64,000 nucleotides of DNA from Pseudomonadota bacterium (GCA_046049865.1 JBJOQO010000006.1:521-64520), one strand, 5' to 3'. Positions 31,009 to 41,111 are shown, counted from the stretch's first letter. Notes: generated by a model not told the origin, from the letters alone. Translations and numbers: made by a program.

Positions 31009-31902
31009 ATGCCCTCCTCGGCGTCCTATGTGGGCCGTTTCGCGCCCTCACCCACCGGTCCTTTGCACGCGGGCTCCTTGGTCGCGGCCCTGGCCAGTTG
31101 GTTGGATGCCAAAGCCCATGGAGGTCGATGGTTGGTGCGCATCGAAGACGTGGACACACCGCGCTGCGTGGAAGGTGCTGCTGAACTCATCCTGTCGCAA
31201 GTCGCTGCCTGTGGTTTGTTGCCTGACGAGCAGCCATGGTTTCAGTCGCAACGCGGTGCGGCCTACCAGCGTGCGCTGGATCAACTCCACACCGCCGGCG
31301 CCACCTACCCCTGTGCCTGCAGCCGAAAAGACATCCAAACGTACTGGTTGTCGCGCGGCCAACAAGCACCTCGCCATGCCGAGTGGGTGTACCCCGGCAC
31401 CTGCCGTAGCGGCTTGCACGGCCGCACTGCACGTGCCGTGCGGCTGCGCTGCGGCACCCCGGAACACCCGTTGATCGTGCAATGGACAGACCGCCGCTTG
31501 GGCGAACAAGTGCAGAACATCAGCGCCGAAGTGGGTGACTTTGTTCTCAAACGCGCCGATGGCCTGTGGGCCTACCAACTCGCCGTGGTGGTCGACGATG
31601 CCGCCCAAGGCATCACCCATGTCGTGCGCGGCGAAGACCTGGCCGACAACACGCCGCGCCAACTTCATTTGCAGCGACAACTCGGGCTGCCCACACCGCT
31701 CTACTTGCACACGCCATTGGTGTTGGACGCGACGGGCGAAAAATTGTCCAAGAGCAGTGACGCCCCCTCGCTGAATCCTGGTGTGGAGGCGGTGCAACAG
31801 GCTTTGAAGGTATTGGGCCTCCCTGTAGAGCACCCGGTGTTGTCGGACTTGTTGGTCGCGGCCGTCCAGGCATGGAGCGTTGTATGTTGGAAAAACCCGT
31901 GA
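31009..31902 (+). CDS. gluQ: tRNA glutamyl-Q(34) synthetase
   Basis: Start re-set to ATG 31009 ([23 protein letters not shown]). RIEDVD and a KLSKS motif. About 298 aa, with no anticodon-binding domain. Confidence 0.88.
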   Translation: MPSSASYVGRFAPSPTGPLHAGSLVAALASWLDAKAHGGRWLVRIEDVDTPRCVEGAAELILSQVAACGLLPDEQPWFQSQRGAAYQRALDQLHTAGATYPCACSRKDIQTYWLSRGQQAPRHAEWVYPGTCRSGLHGRTARAVRLRCGTPEHPLIVQWTDRRLGEQVQNISAEVGDFVLKRADGLWAYQLAVVVDDAAQGITHVVRGEDLADNTPRQLHLQRQLGLPTPLYLHTPLVLDATGEKLSKSSDAPSLNPGVEAVQQALKVLGLPVEHPVLSDLLVAAVQAWSVVCWKNP

Positions 31903-33023
31903 ATAAAACCCTGCGCAGTCCACTGAACGTCGCATGGAAGGTGCAGAAGTTCCGCTGGCGCATGGCGTTCAGCGCGAGGGCTCCTGCACTACCCGGCCAA
32001 GCAAGCACGGACGAACTGCAGCAGCTGGTCAACCAACAAACCGCCGCGTGGAAAGCCCGACCGCTCTTGACGCCCGAAAAACTGACACAGGCTTTGCGTG
32101 AACTCAATGCGCAATCCACCAGCGTCTTTATTGTGTCGATTCGAGGCCAAAAAGTGCGCCTGTGGGAGAAACGTCAGTTCTCTTTCCCTGCCGACGAAGC
32201 CCAATTTCGAATGGCAGAGCAACAAAGTTTCTTGAAACGCGCCATGTTGTACCGCGCATTTTTTGAGGCTGTCCTAAGCCGAGCGCGAGCCCGCTTTTCT
32301 CTCGACTTTGCACTGGACGTGACTGACCTCCCCCAGGACTCCCCCAATCTGCCCATCTTCAGCTTTCAAAAGCGGCGCGGTGCACACAACCCGCTGCTGC
32401 CCGATGTCGATTTTTTTCACAGCAAGTGGTACCAGAAAGAACACGATGCCCTCGACTATCAAGCCAAGACGAACACCGCGTGTTTTGTGGGATCCTCCAC
32501 TGGCGACTGGCACACGGTGGAGAGCATTCGCAAGTTAGAGTCAAGGCGCTTGCAGATGGCGAACCACTTTCACCAGCATCCGAGCGTGACCTTTTTGATC
32601 GCCAATGCCACGCAGTGCCTGTCGGAAGAGGCCAAAACTTTGCTCATGGAGCAACCTTACTTTTCCAGCCACGTCAGTTGGGAAGAACAACTGCGCCATC
32701 GTTTTCTCATCGTGATGGACGGAAACGGGGCCACATGCTCACGTTTGGTCAAAGGCCTGATGAGTAACAGCGTGGTGGTCAAATTCGACTCACCCCACGA
32801 GCTGTACTATTTTTCCGCGCTTGAGCCAGGGCGCGACCACCTGCTGATTGAAAAAGAGGCAGATCTGGAACGCATTCTGGAGCGGGAGGCCACTCATCCT
32901 GGATCGTTCAATGAGACCGCACAACACGGCCAACAGTTCGCCAAAAAGTATCTAACGATGACGAGTGTGATGGACTACACGGCCCTGCTGCTGAAATCCT
33001 TCGCGGCACTGAACCGTGTTTGA
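31872..33023 (+). CDS. glycosyltransferase family 90 (CAP10/LPS-modifying-like) protein
   Basis: [18 protein letters not shown]...ACFVGSSTG...[51 protein letters not shown] matches my recollection of the Glyco_transf_90 pattern (..iDGn..s.Rl..lL.s.S.vlk.....e.y...L.P..Hy.pi). No signal peptide or TM segment is evident. Start uncertain (ATG 31872, 31884 or 31962); the first two overlap the gluQ 3' end. Confidence 0.55.
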   Translation: MERCMLEKPVNKTLRSPLNVAWKVQKFRWRMAFSARAPALPGQASTDELQQLVNQQTAAWKARPLLTPEKLTQALRELNAQSTSVFIVSIRGQKVRLWEKRQFSFPADEAQFRMAEQQSFLKRAMLYRAFFEAVLSRARARFSLDFALDVTDLPQDSPNLPIFSFQKRRGAHNPLLPDVDFFHSKWYQKEHDALDYQAKTNTACFVGSSTGDWHTVESIRKLESRRLQMANHFHQHPSVTFLIANATQCLSEEAKTLLMEQPYFSSHVSWEEQLRHRFLIVMDGNGATCSRLVKGLMSNSVVVKFDSPHELYYFSALEPGRDHLLIEKEADLERILEREATHPGSFNETAQHGQQFAKKYLTMTSVMDYTALLLKSFAALNRV

Positions 33024-33099
33024 TCCGACCCTGTTTGAGGTAGTACGACGGTGGCAAATGTATTTGTAGAGGCGTCGTCTGTGGCCAACAAAGCGGCGT

Positions 33100-33945
33100 T
33101 TATTTCCCGATATTGATCAAAGGTGCCGTTTGCATATTGGCTGGGATAACGACCGTCGTGGTACCACCCTTTTCGGCGAATTTGTGTAGCGCCAAGTTGG
33201 ACTCATGCTGAAGGTACTCGCGGGTCAAGCTTTGGTTGATGATTTGGTTGGATTTGGCAATACCCTCGGCCTTCTTCACCTCAACCTGCGCTTCGGCTTC
33301 CGCAATGGCGATGCGTTGTTTGGTGGTCTCCAGTTGCTTCTGCGCGGCCACCGAGTCTTGAATGGCTTTTTCAATTGCTGGGTCGGTGGTCAAGGCCCGA
33401 ATGACCACACGTGTGATCGTAAAGACGCCTTTGTCGTTCGCATCCAGCTCGACCTGGAGCGCCTTGCTCACGGCCGAAGCTAATTCATCACGGCGTGTAT
33501 GCATGATCAGGCTGTCAATGCGTGAAGCTTCTTCATACACCGAATTGCGAGCCAAGCGCTGCAGCATGGCATAGGAAGGAAGGTTGACTCGGCTGCCTTC
33601 GTCACGTGTGTGCTGGCCAGCGTACTTCACGTACAAGTCTGCGACGGAACCCGCAGCAACACGGTAATACACAGTGACATCCAGGTCACGCAGCGACAGG
33701 TTGTCGCGGGCTTTGGGGGTCAGGTCATTCAGATCCAAGCCAATCTCTTTTGCCGAGAACTTCTGAACACTGCTCACGCCAGGAACCCCGAAATACAGTC
33801 CAGGCTCAACCTCGTCCAGATTAACTTTTCCAAGCGTCGTGCGAACTCCGACATTGCCAGACTCAACGGTGCCGCAACTGGTCACCATCAGCACGACGCC
33901 AACAATCAGCACCAACCCCGTCAACACACGAAGAAGCATAAACAT
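33100..33945 (-). CDS. SPFH/band-7 (prohibitin-like) lipoprotein
   Basis: Start re-set to ATG 33945 (MFMLLRVLTGLVLIVGVVLMVTSCG), giving a signal peptide with a VTSC lipobox. SPFH core (VGVRTTLGKV...VTVYYRV) and a coiled-coil tail (AIAEAEAQVEVKKAEG). Looks A/T-richer than its neighbours. Confidence 0.8.
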   Translation of the reverse strand: MFMLLRVLTGLVLIVGVVLMVTSCGTVESGNVGVRTTLGKVNLDEVEPGLYFGVPGVSSVQKFSAKEIGLDLNDLTPKARDNLSLRDLDVTVYYRVAAGSVADLYVKYAGQHTRDEGSRVNLPSYAMLQRLARNSVYEEASRIDSLIMHTRRDELASAVSKALQVELDANDKGVFTITRVVIRALTTDPAIEKAIQDSVAAQKQLETTKQRIAIAEAEAQVEVKKAEGIAKSNQIINQSLTREYLQHESNLALHKFAEKGGTTTVVIPANMQTAPLINIGK

Positions 33946-34164
33946 CCCTTCAAAAACAGCAGCGAACGCCACGCAAGAATTATGTCTGCGATTCGTCGTG
34001 AAGCCTTTTTGGTCTCGGACCGCTCAAACTCACCCAGAAGGTTGACTCCAGTCGCACCACACGCCACCACCGGATGCTGATCAAGCCACCTCGCGAAGAC
34101 CCACCAAACACATGCATCACCACCCCTAGAATCCCCGCAAGACAAGAATCAACCGAGGAGCACT

Positions 34165-37100
34165 ATGGGCTGGATGGGTTTGGTACTGGGCCTCTTGGCC
34201 GCGTGGATCATCGGCGAGATCGTGGGATGGCATGGTGGCGGTTTGGTGGTGATGGGTGGACTGGGCGGTTGGTTGATCAACCGTTTGCAGCAACGGCTCA
34301 CCCGCAGTGAGAACCAGCTCAAGTTGGAGTTAAAAACGCTGCGCGAACAGGTGGTGGCCTTACAAACCCGAGAGGTGGGGCAGGCGCCACAAGCTGCGAC
34401 CACTTCGGCAGCCGAGATCGCCCCGGTCGGCAACACCCCCGTATTCCAACCGATTCAACCCAGTGCCCCTTCCGCAGCCCTCGCGTCAACCCTGACGGTA
34501 CCGGCTGCTTCAACAGTTGCGAGCGTTTCCCCTTCGGCAACATCGTCAGCCAAGAATTTGGAGTCTGACTGGTTCGATACATTTCCGGGCTCGGCGCCTG
34601 CTGAAAGTGCGCGTGCTTCCGCGTCGGCACCATCAACAACTGCCGCCTCGAACAACATCGACCTCACACCCGAAGTCGACGAAAAATCACTGCACATCAC
34701 CAGCTCCCTCGGTGCCAGTGTGCGCGCTTGGTTCACCGGCGGCAACACCATCGTGCGTGTGGCGGTGCTGATTTTGTTCATTGGCGTGGCCTTCTTGTTA
34801 CGTTACGCAGCCGAGCGGACCACAGTACCCATTGAGCTGCGGCTGGCTGGCGTGGTGCTGGTGGGTGTGGCGTTGGTGGCAGTGGGCAGACGGCTGCTTC
34901 AAAAGCGGCGAGGGTATGCGCTCTCATTGCAAGGCGCCGGCGTGGGCATGGTGTACCTCACGCTTTTCGCCGCTTACCGTTTGTATGGCCTGATGCCCGC
35001 CGGATTGGCTTTTGCTCTGCTGGGACTGATGGCGGCCATCACCGCCGTGCTGGCCGTCAGCCAAAACGCCCTGCCGTTGGCAGTGCTGGGTTTTGGTGGT
35101 GCTTTCCTCGCACCCGTGCTCACGAGCACCGGTCAGGGCAGCCATGTGGGTTTATTCAGCTACTGCTTGCTGCTGAACCTGGCCATTGCTTGGATCGCGC
35201 AGCGCCAAGCCTGGAAGCTGCTGAACGTGGTCGGCTTTTTCTTCACCTTCACGCTGGCGGGCGCCTGGGGTGCCAAGGCCTACACGGCAGAACACTTTTG
35301 GACGACTGAGCCCTTCCTGGTCATTCACTTTTTGCTCTACCTCTTCATCGCGGTGCAGTACACCCAGCAGATCTTGAAGGCCGAATCCACATCAGGCAGC
35401 ACCTTGCCTGCGGTGGACGGCAGCTTGCTCTTTGGTGTGCCCATCGTGGCCTTTGGTCTGCAAGCGGGCATGTTGAAAGACCAACCACTGGCGCTCGCCA
35501 TCAGCGCAGCGGTGCTGTCCGCCATTTACTTGCTGGTGGGCCGCTGGTTGTGGCGGCAAGCGGGGCAGCGAATGCTCTTGTTGGTGGAAGGCCTGCTCGC
35601 CCTGGGCGTGATCTTCCTGGCCCTGGTGGTGCCCTTGGCGCTGGATGCACGCTGGACGTCGGCTGCCTGGGCGATACAGGGCGCCGGTGTTCTGTGGGTG
35701 GGCTTACGCCAGCGCCGCTGGTGGGCAGCGGGCATGGGCTTGCTGTTGCAAGGTGGCGCGGCGGTGACGTTCTGGAACTCGGTTTCAACACGCACCTCGG
35801 GCTGGGCGGTGGAACAGGGCATCGTGCCGGCAGCAGCGCAAGGTTTCACACCGTTTGCGAATGCAGAGTTTTTTGGCGTGCTGGTCTTGGCAGGTGCCGC
35901 GCTCTTCAGTGCGCGTTTGTTGAAGCAACAAATGCAACAACTGCCGCATGAAGCCCCCACCAGCGTGGCCTCAGGGCTGCAACCCCTGCACCTGTTGATG
36001 ATGGGCGTGGGCGCATTCCAACTGTGGTGGTTCGGATGGTTGGATCTCTATGCCTGGCCCCAATCAACACTGGACATGGCCTTCCTGGGTGCCTGTTGGA
36101 GCGCCCTCTTGGTCGTGGTGTTTGAGCTTGCACAGCGGGGGCTGCGTTGGCCAGACCTGCGCTGGCCAGCGCGCGCCTTCATGCTGACGGCCTTGCTGGC
36201 CTCCACATCCGGCGTGCTGGACCACTTCGGCTCGGTGTATGCCAGCTGGACACGCCTGACTCAAGGTTGGGGCTGGCTTGAAGCGCTGGGCTTGGTCGCA
36301 TTGGGATGGTGGTTGCACCATCGCCAACAAGACCGCGAACGCGACACCTTGTTGGCACCCGAAGGGGTGGTGTTGGCTTGGTACGCCATGCTGCAAAGTG
36401 GTTCGTTCCTCTACACCGCAGGCGCGCACCTCGTGGCGCGCCACGAGGGCTGGACGCCCACCGCCGCCATCCTCTTGCCCACCTTGATCGCGCTATTTTT
36501 GATTAGCCGTGCGGCCCTGCAGCGCTGGCCCGTGGGCGAGGCGCTCATGCTCTACCGCCGCGCCGTCTTTCAACCTTGGCAAGTGCTGCTGTGCCTGTGG
36601 GTGGTGTTGGTGAACGCCTTTTCCGACGCACGCATGGCGCCGCTGCCCTACCTGCCCTTGCTCAACCCCATCGACCTCGGGCATGGTTTGATCTTGGTCT
36701 ACTGCCTGCGTTTGTCCCGACTCGGCACGTTGACCGAACCAACGAATGCAGGCACCCCACACGGGCGTTTTGCCACTGGCGTGATGGCTGCCCTGGCTTT
36801 TTGGTGGCTGAACTCACTCCTGATTCGCACCCTGCACCACTGGGCCGGCACACCGATGTGGGAACACGGCGCACTGGACTCTGCCTTGGTGCAAACCAGC
36901 CTCACCGTCTTGTGGACACTCAGCGCCTTGGTCACCATGCTGTACGCCACGCGCAAAGCCTCTGTCGACCGCGCCAGAAACGTATGGATGGTGGGCGCAG
37001 CCTTGCTCGCGGTCGTGGTGCTGAAACTGTTTGTGGTGGACCTCTCCAACGTCGGCACCTTGCAGCGCATCGTCTCCTTCCTGGCGGTGGGTGGCTTGAT

Positions 37101-37170
37101 GTTGGTGATTGGTTATGTCTCACCCATGCCGCCTGCGGCAGTGCAGGCCCACAAGGAGAAAAACCCATGA
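34165..37170 (+). CDS. DUF2339 domain-containing polytopic membrane protein
   Basis: 1001 aa. Two N-terminal TM segments, a coiled-coil (RSENQLKLELKTLREQVVALQ), an Ala/Ser/Thr/Pro linker, then more than 20 hydrophobic segments. The DUF2339 assignment is from memory. Confidence 0.65.
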   Translation: MGWMGLVLGLLAAWIIGEIVGWHGGGLVVMGGLGGWLINRLQQRLTRSENQLKLELKTLREQVVALQTREVGQAPQAATTSAAEIAPVGNTPVFQPIQPSAPSAALASTLTVPAASTVASVSPSATSSAKNLESDWFDTFPGSAPAESARASASAPSTTAASNNIDLTPEVDEKSLHITSSLGASVRAWFTGGNTIVRVAVLILFIGVAFLLRYAAERTTVPIELRLAGVVLVGVALVAVGRRLLQKRRGYALSLQGAGVGMVYLTLFAAYRLYGLMPAGLAFALLGLMAAITAVLAVSQNALPLAVLGFGGAFLAPVLTSTGQGSHVGLFSYCLLLNLAIAWIAQRQAWKLLNVVGFFFTFTLAGAWGAKAYTAEHFWTTEPFLVIHFLLYLFIAVQYTQQILKAESTSGSTLPAVDGSLLFGVPIVAFGLQAGMLKDQPLALAISAAVLSAIYLLVGRWLWRQAGQRMLLLVEGLLALGVIFLALVVPLALDARWTSAAWAIQGAGVLWVGLRQRRWWAAGMGLLLQGGAAVTFWNSVSTRTSGWAVEQGIVPAAAQGFTPFANAEFFGVLVLAGAALFSARLLKQQMQQLPHEAPTSVASGLQPLHLLMMGVGAFQLWWFGWLDLYAWPQSTLDMAFLGACWSALLVVVFELAQRGLRWPDLRWPARAFMLTALLASTSGVLDHFGSVYASWTRLTQGWGWLEALGLVALGWWLHHRQQDRERDTLLAPEGVVLAWYAMLQSGSFLYTAGAHLVARHEGWTPTAAILLPTLIALFLISRAALQRWPVGEALMLYRRAVFQPWQVLLCLWVVLVNAFSDARMAPLPYLPLLNPIDLGHGLILVYCLRLSRLGTLTEPTNAGTPHGRFATGVMAALAFWWLNSLLIRTLHHWAGTPMWEHGALDSALVQTSLTVLWTLSALVTMLYATRKASVDRARNVWMVGAALLAVVVLKLFVVDLSNVGTLQRIVSFLAVGGLMLVIGYVSPMPPAAVQAHKEKNP

Positions 37171-38735
37171 AGCCACAAACCTTGATCGGCGCACTGCAAG
37201 GTTGGGGGCGCACCGCTTGCGTTGTGATGTTGTTGGCGCCCACGATGTCGGGTTTTGCAAGCGACACGACCAGCCAGTCTGCTGACCTGAGCCCACGTTA
37301 TGCCGCCATCGCACCCATCCAATTGGTTCCGCAAGAAGGCCTGCAGCGGCTGGCCCTGCCCCTGCCGGTTTTGCAAGCCTCACGCAGCAACACATCGAAC
37401 ACCGCGTGGGCGGATGTGCGGGTGCTGGACGCCACAGGCCGCCCCGTGCCCACGGCTTGGCTGCCTACCACCGCACCGGTGAGCACCCAGACCGAGACCG
37501 AACTCACCTCCGCTGCCTTGCCCAAGTTCGCGTGGCCCAGCAGTACAAACAGCGGCAACACCTCCCTGGCGGCAGACCACGCCGATTTGCGAGTTCAAAT
37601 CAACAGCAGCGGTGCCGTGGTCAAGATTGAATCGTCCAAGCCCAGCACTGCGGCAAGCTCCAACGCGGCCGTCGCCCCAAGGGTTTGGCTGCTGGACTTG
37701 AGCGCCCTGCCCCGCGCTGGACGCAGCATTGATCGGCTGCAACTCGACTGGCCCGCACAGCCGCAAGGCGTGAGCAGCCGGGTCGATGTGGAAGGCAGCG
37801 ATGATGCTCAGCGCTGGAGCCGCATCACCTCAGGCCCCTTGCTGGAACTGCCCACGCTGAACCCAGCCTCGGCTGCATCTGACACGTCAGCATCTACGAC
37901 CTCCACCCAGGGCGCGCCCAGCGTCAAACACGTGGACTGGCCCAGCGGGGTCGCCATGCCCCGTTACCTGCGTCTGAGTTTTGATCAACCCCTGGCCTTG
38001 AGCAAGGCGCAACTGCGCTGGACGGCCACGCAAGCGCCCGTGCCACTGTCCACCGCCACCGTGCAATTTCAAGCCGTCGCGGCAGACGACAAACAGCCCG
38101 CCCACTGGGCCCTGGATTTGCAGGGCGCGGTGCCCATCCAACAACTGCAACTGAAACTGCCGCAAGTCAACACCGTGCTCGGCCTGCGTTTGCAGCAACG
38201 CAACGATGCCCGCGAGGCCTGGCAAGACGTGACCTCTTTTGTCGCTTGGCGATTGCAACGAGGCGGCAGCGAACAACAATCAGCCGCCATCGAATGGCCC
38301 CCATCAGCCTCCACGACTTCAGCCCGCGCAATGCGCTACTGGCGTTTGATCCCCGACGGCCGCACCGCCCAACTCCCCGCCCAGCCCCTGACCGCCACCA
38401 TCGGCTGGCAAAGCCCGCAACTGCTGTTGGTGGCGCAAGGCGGCGGCGCACTGCGCCTGGCGGTGGGCCGCGAGCGCGACGCAGGCGCCACCGTGGCGTG
38501 GCAAACCTTGGTGCCTGGGGCCGACGAAGCCGCACTCCAACGTTTGCCCGAAGCGGGGTTGGGGCTACTGGCTCAACAGGTGGTTGCTGACCCCAAATTC
38601 AATCAACGCATCCAGGACGCCAGCCCTGAAGACCAGCGGCGATGGTTGTTGTGGGGCGTGCTCGCGTTGGCGGTGGTGGGGTTGGGGGGGTTGGCTTGGC
38701 GGTTGGGCAAGGACATGAAAGGAAATCGGCTGTAG
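37167..38735 (+). CDS. DUF3999 domain-containing exported protein with a C-terminal TM anchor
   Basis: Start re-set to ATG 37167 (MKPQTLIGALQGWGRTACVVMLLAPTMSGFASD, a signal peptide), forming an ATGA overlap with the DUF2339 stop. Two ..RY[LW]RL.. segments. C-terminal anchor WLLWGVLALAVVGLGGLAW. The DUF3999 assignment is from memory. Confidence 0.6.
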   Translation: MKPQTLIGALQGWGRTACVVMLLAPTMSGFASDTTSQSADLSPRYAAIAPIQLVPQEGLQRLALPLPVLQASRSNTSNTAWADVRVLDATGRPVPTAWLPTTAPVSTQTETELTSAALPKFAWPSSTNSGNTSLAADHADLRVQINSSGAVVKIESSKPSTAASSNAAVAPRVWLLDLSALPRAGRSIDRLQLDWPAQPQGVSSRVDVEGSDDAQRWSRITSGPLLELPTLNPASAASDTSASTTSTQGAPSVKHVDWPSGVAMPRYLRLSFDQPLALSKAQLRWTATQAPVPLSTATVQFQAVAADDKQPAHWALDLQGAVPIQQLQLKLPQVNTVLGLRLQQRNDAREAWQDVTSFVAWRLQRGGSEQQSAAIEWPPSASTTSARAMRYWRLIPDGRTAQLPAQPLTATIGWQSPQLLLVAQGGGALRLAVGRERDAGATVAWQTLVPGADEAALQRLPEAGLGLLAQQVVADPKFNQRIQDASPEDQRRWLLWGVLALAVVGLGGLAWRLGKDMKGNRL

Positions 38736-38848
38736 GTCGAGCAACTCCTGGCTGCTCGCCAAAAATGGTGTTGGTGCTGATACCGCCGTCGAAGCATCTT
38801 TTCAAACCAGCTGCCGATCAAAATTGCGTATGTTTCAGTGAGTCTCCA

Positions 38849-39412
38849 ATGGACTATTTCGAGAACATCATCTCCACACTGCTTGAAGCCGAGGGCTATT
38901 GGGTTCGCAGGTCATTCAAAGTCAACGTGACAAAGGAAGAGAAGCGCCAAATTGGAAAGCACTCGATTCCCAGGCCGGAGATTGACCTCGTTGCGCTCAA
39001 TTTTTCCAGGAACGAGGTACTCGCCCTTGAGGCGAAATCCTTTCTTGATTCACCGGGCGTGTCTCACAAGGAACTACTGGAAGAACATGATGCCCCGCAA
39101 GGAAGGTACAAACTTTTTACCTCTGAACGCTACCGCACGGTCGTCTTGTCACGCTTGCTGTCAGATCTCATTGAATGCGGGATGGCCAATCCGGACACAA
39201 AAATCATCCTTGGCCTTGCCGCTGGCAAGGTCTACCAAGGTCGAAGTGAACCCATCAGAGATTTCATGTCGGCCAAGAATTGGTTTTTTTGGTCGCCCGA
39301 GGACATAAAAAAAATGGTGGAGGCTCTCGCGCAGCGTGGGTACGAAAACGACCCAGCCATCATCACCGCCAAAATTTTGATGCGACGAACTCAGAGTTCA
39401 CCGAAATCCTGA
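38849..39412 (+). CDS. hypothetical protein with a PD-(D/E)xK nuclease-like motif
   Basis: Start re-set to ATG 38849 (MDYFENIISTLLEAEGYWV). Motif order is E(12/14)...PEIDLVAL (D46)...LALEAKS (E61-x-K63). 187 aa. Looks A/T-rich. Confidence 0.5.
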   Translation: MDYFENIISTLLEAEGYWVRRSFKVNVTKEEKRQIGKHSIPRPEIDLVALNFSRNEVLALEAKSFLDSPGVSHKELLEEHDAPQGRYKLFTSERYRTVVLSRLLSDLIECGMANPDTKIILGLAAGKVYQGRSEPIRDFMSAKNWFFWSPEDIKKMVEALAQRGYENDPAIITAKILMRRTQSSPKS

Positions 39413-39484
39413 TCCACCTTCTGCCCGAACGAACCCTGGCATCATTCGCCCCTCCCCTCACAACCGCGACCGAAAGCCCGCACC

Positions 39485-39832
39485 ATGAACACCACAGAAT
39501 CTGGCCTCCAATATGAAGACACCGTCGTCGGCAGCGGCAATGAAGCACGCGCGGGCAACGACGTTACCGTTCACTACACCGGCTGGCTCTATGCCGATGG
39601 CCAAAAAGGCAGCAAATTCGACAGCAGCAAAGACCGCAACGACCCCTTTGCCTTCAGCCTCGGCGCCGGTATGGTGATTCGCGGTTGGGACGAAGGCGTG
39701 CAAGGCATGAAAGTCGGCGGCACGCGCGTGCTGGTCATTCCGCCTGAGCTGGGCTACGGCGCACGCGGTGCGGGTGGTGTGATTCCGCCCAATGCCACCT
39801 TGATGTTTGAAGTGGAACTGTTGGGCGTTTGA
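39485..39832 (+). CDS. FKBP-type peptidyl-prolyl cis-trans isomerase
   Basis: [64 protein letters not shown]. Confidence 0.93.
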   Translation: MNTTESGLQYEDTVVGSGNEARAGNDVTVHYTGWLYADGQKGSKFDSSKDRNDPFAFSLGAGMVIRGWDEGVQGMKVGGTRVLVIPPELGYGARGAGGVIPPNATLMFEVELLGV

Positions 39833-40758
39833 TGCCTGTCCTTTACGACGTGGTGCACACCACCGTGTACCGCTACCGAGAGGCGGTGTCGTTCGGCGAG
39901 CACCGCGTCATGTTCCGTCCGCGCGAAAGCCATGACCTGCGCGTGCTGGCCACTGACTTGCAGGTCAGCCCGCCATCGGATGTGCGGATGATTCAAGACC
40001 CGCACTCCAATTCGGTCGCCCTGGTGCAGCCGCGAGAAGAGAGCAACGAGCTGCGCATCGTCTGCAGCTTCACCATTGAACATGCGCACAGCAACAACCT
40101 GGAGTTGCCGCTGTCGCCTTCGGCCGAGCTTTTCCCTTTTGCCTACAGCGTGGAAGAACGTTTTGATTTGGAGCAATACCTGCGACCCCATCATGACGAC
40201 CCGCATGGTGACTTAAGCGCCTGGGCGCGCCAGTTTCTTCGCACCGACGGCCCCACCCATACCCGCGACATGATGGTGGCCATGAACCAATTCATCCGCG
40301 ATAACTTTCGCTACCAGTCGCGTGACGAAGAAGGCACGCAAAGCCCGCTACAAACCTTGCAGTTGCGCAGCGGCTCGTGCCGCGACTTTGCGCTGCTGAT
40401 GATGGAAGCCTTGCGCCGCTTGGGTGTGGCCACACGTTTTGTATCGGGTTATTTGTACGACCCCAGCAGCGACGACGGCGAGCATGTTCCGGACGACACG
40501 GCCATAGCCCCCGCACATGAAACCGCTGATCAAAACGTGACCGGCGCGGGTTACACCCATGCCTGGTTGCAGGCCTATTTGCCCGGCGCCGGTTGGGTGC
40601 CTTTTGACCCCACCAACGCCCTCACAGGTGGCAACCAGCTGATTCGTGTGGGCGTGACCCGTGATCCGAGCCTGGCCGCGCCTGTTTCCGGGGTTTGGTA
40701 CGGCAAACCCAACGACTACCTCGGCATGACCGTGGGCGTGACCGTGAAGCGCCGCTGA
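39829..40758 (+). CDS. transglutaminase-like family protein
   Basis: Bacterial transglutaminase N-domain plus a core with [15 protein letters not shown] (Cys) and YTHAWLQAY (His). ATGA overlap with the FKBP gene. Confidence 0.85.
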   Translation: MMPVLYDVVHTTVYRYREAVSFGEHRVMFRPRESHDLRVLATDLQVSPPSDVRMIQDPHSNSVALVQPREESNELRIVCSFTIEHAHSNNLELPLSPSAELFPFAYSVEERFDLEQYLRPHHDDPHGDLSAWARQFLRTDGPTHTRDMMVAMNQFIRDNFRYQSRDEEGTQSPLQTLQLRSGSCRDFALLMMEALRRLGVATRFVSGYLYDPSSDDGEHVPDDTAIAPAHETADQNVTGAGYTHAWLQAYLPGAGWVPFDPTNALTGGNQLIRVGVTRDPSLAAPVSGVWYGKPNDYLGMTVGVTVKRR

Positions 40759-40772
40759 ACGCTCAAAGCACC

Positions 40773-41111
40773 ATGCTGGAATCGCTCGCCGTCTTGCTCG
40801 CATTTCAGCTGCTGGGTGAAGCGCTGAGTTATGGCTTGAAGTTGCCCATTCCGGGCCCGGTAATTGGTTTGGTGGCCCTCTTTTTGGTGTGGCCCCGCCT
40901 GCCTTCCTGGCACAAGGACTTGGCCGAGGTATCGACCACCATCCTCGGGCACCTGGGGCTGCTCTTCGTTCCCGCCGGGGTGGGCGTGATGCTGCATGTG
41001 GGTTTGATTGCCGCTTGGTGGGCGCCTTTGCTGCTCGCTTTGGTGCTGAGCACCGCAGTGACCGTGGTCTGTGTGGCTTGGGTTTTTTCCCGTTGGGCCA
41101 AAACCGAATGA
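40773..41111 (+). CDS. lrgA: CidA/LrgA family holin-like protein
   Basis: 112 aa, about 4 TM segments. MLESLAVLLAFQLLGEALS... Start re-set to ATG 40773. Confidence 0.8.
   Translation: MLESLAVLLAFQLLGEALSYGLKLPIPGPVIGLVALFLVWPRLPSWHKDLAEVSTTILGHLGLLFVPAGVGVMLHVGLIAAWWAPLLLALVLSTAVTVVCVAWVFSRWAKTE

Noticed and set aside
36576-37166. Long N-terminal extensions in the track (36576 for the DUF3999 gene, 55407 for hutF, 40889 for lrgB, 30877 for gluQ, 53659 for hutI)
   Set aside because: The extensions overlap the upstream gene in another frame. In each case an internal ATG gives a canonical N-terminus or signal peptide and an ATGA-type or short junction with the upstream gene.
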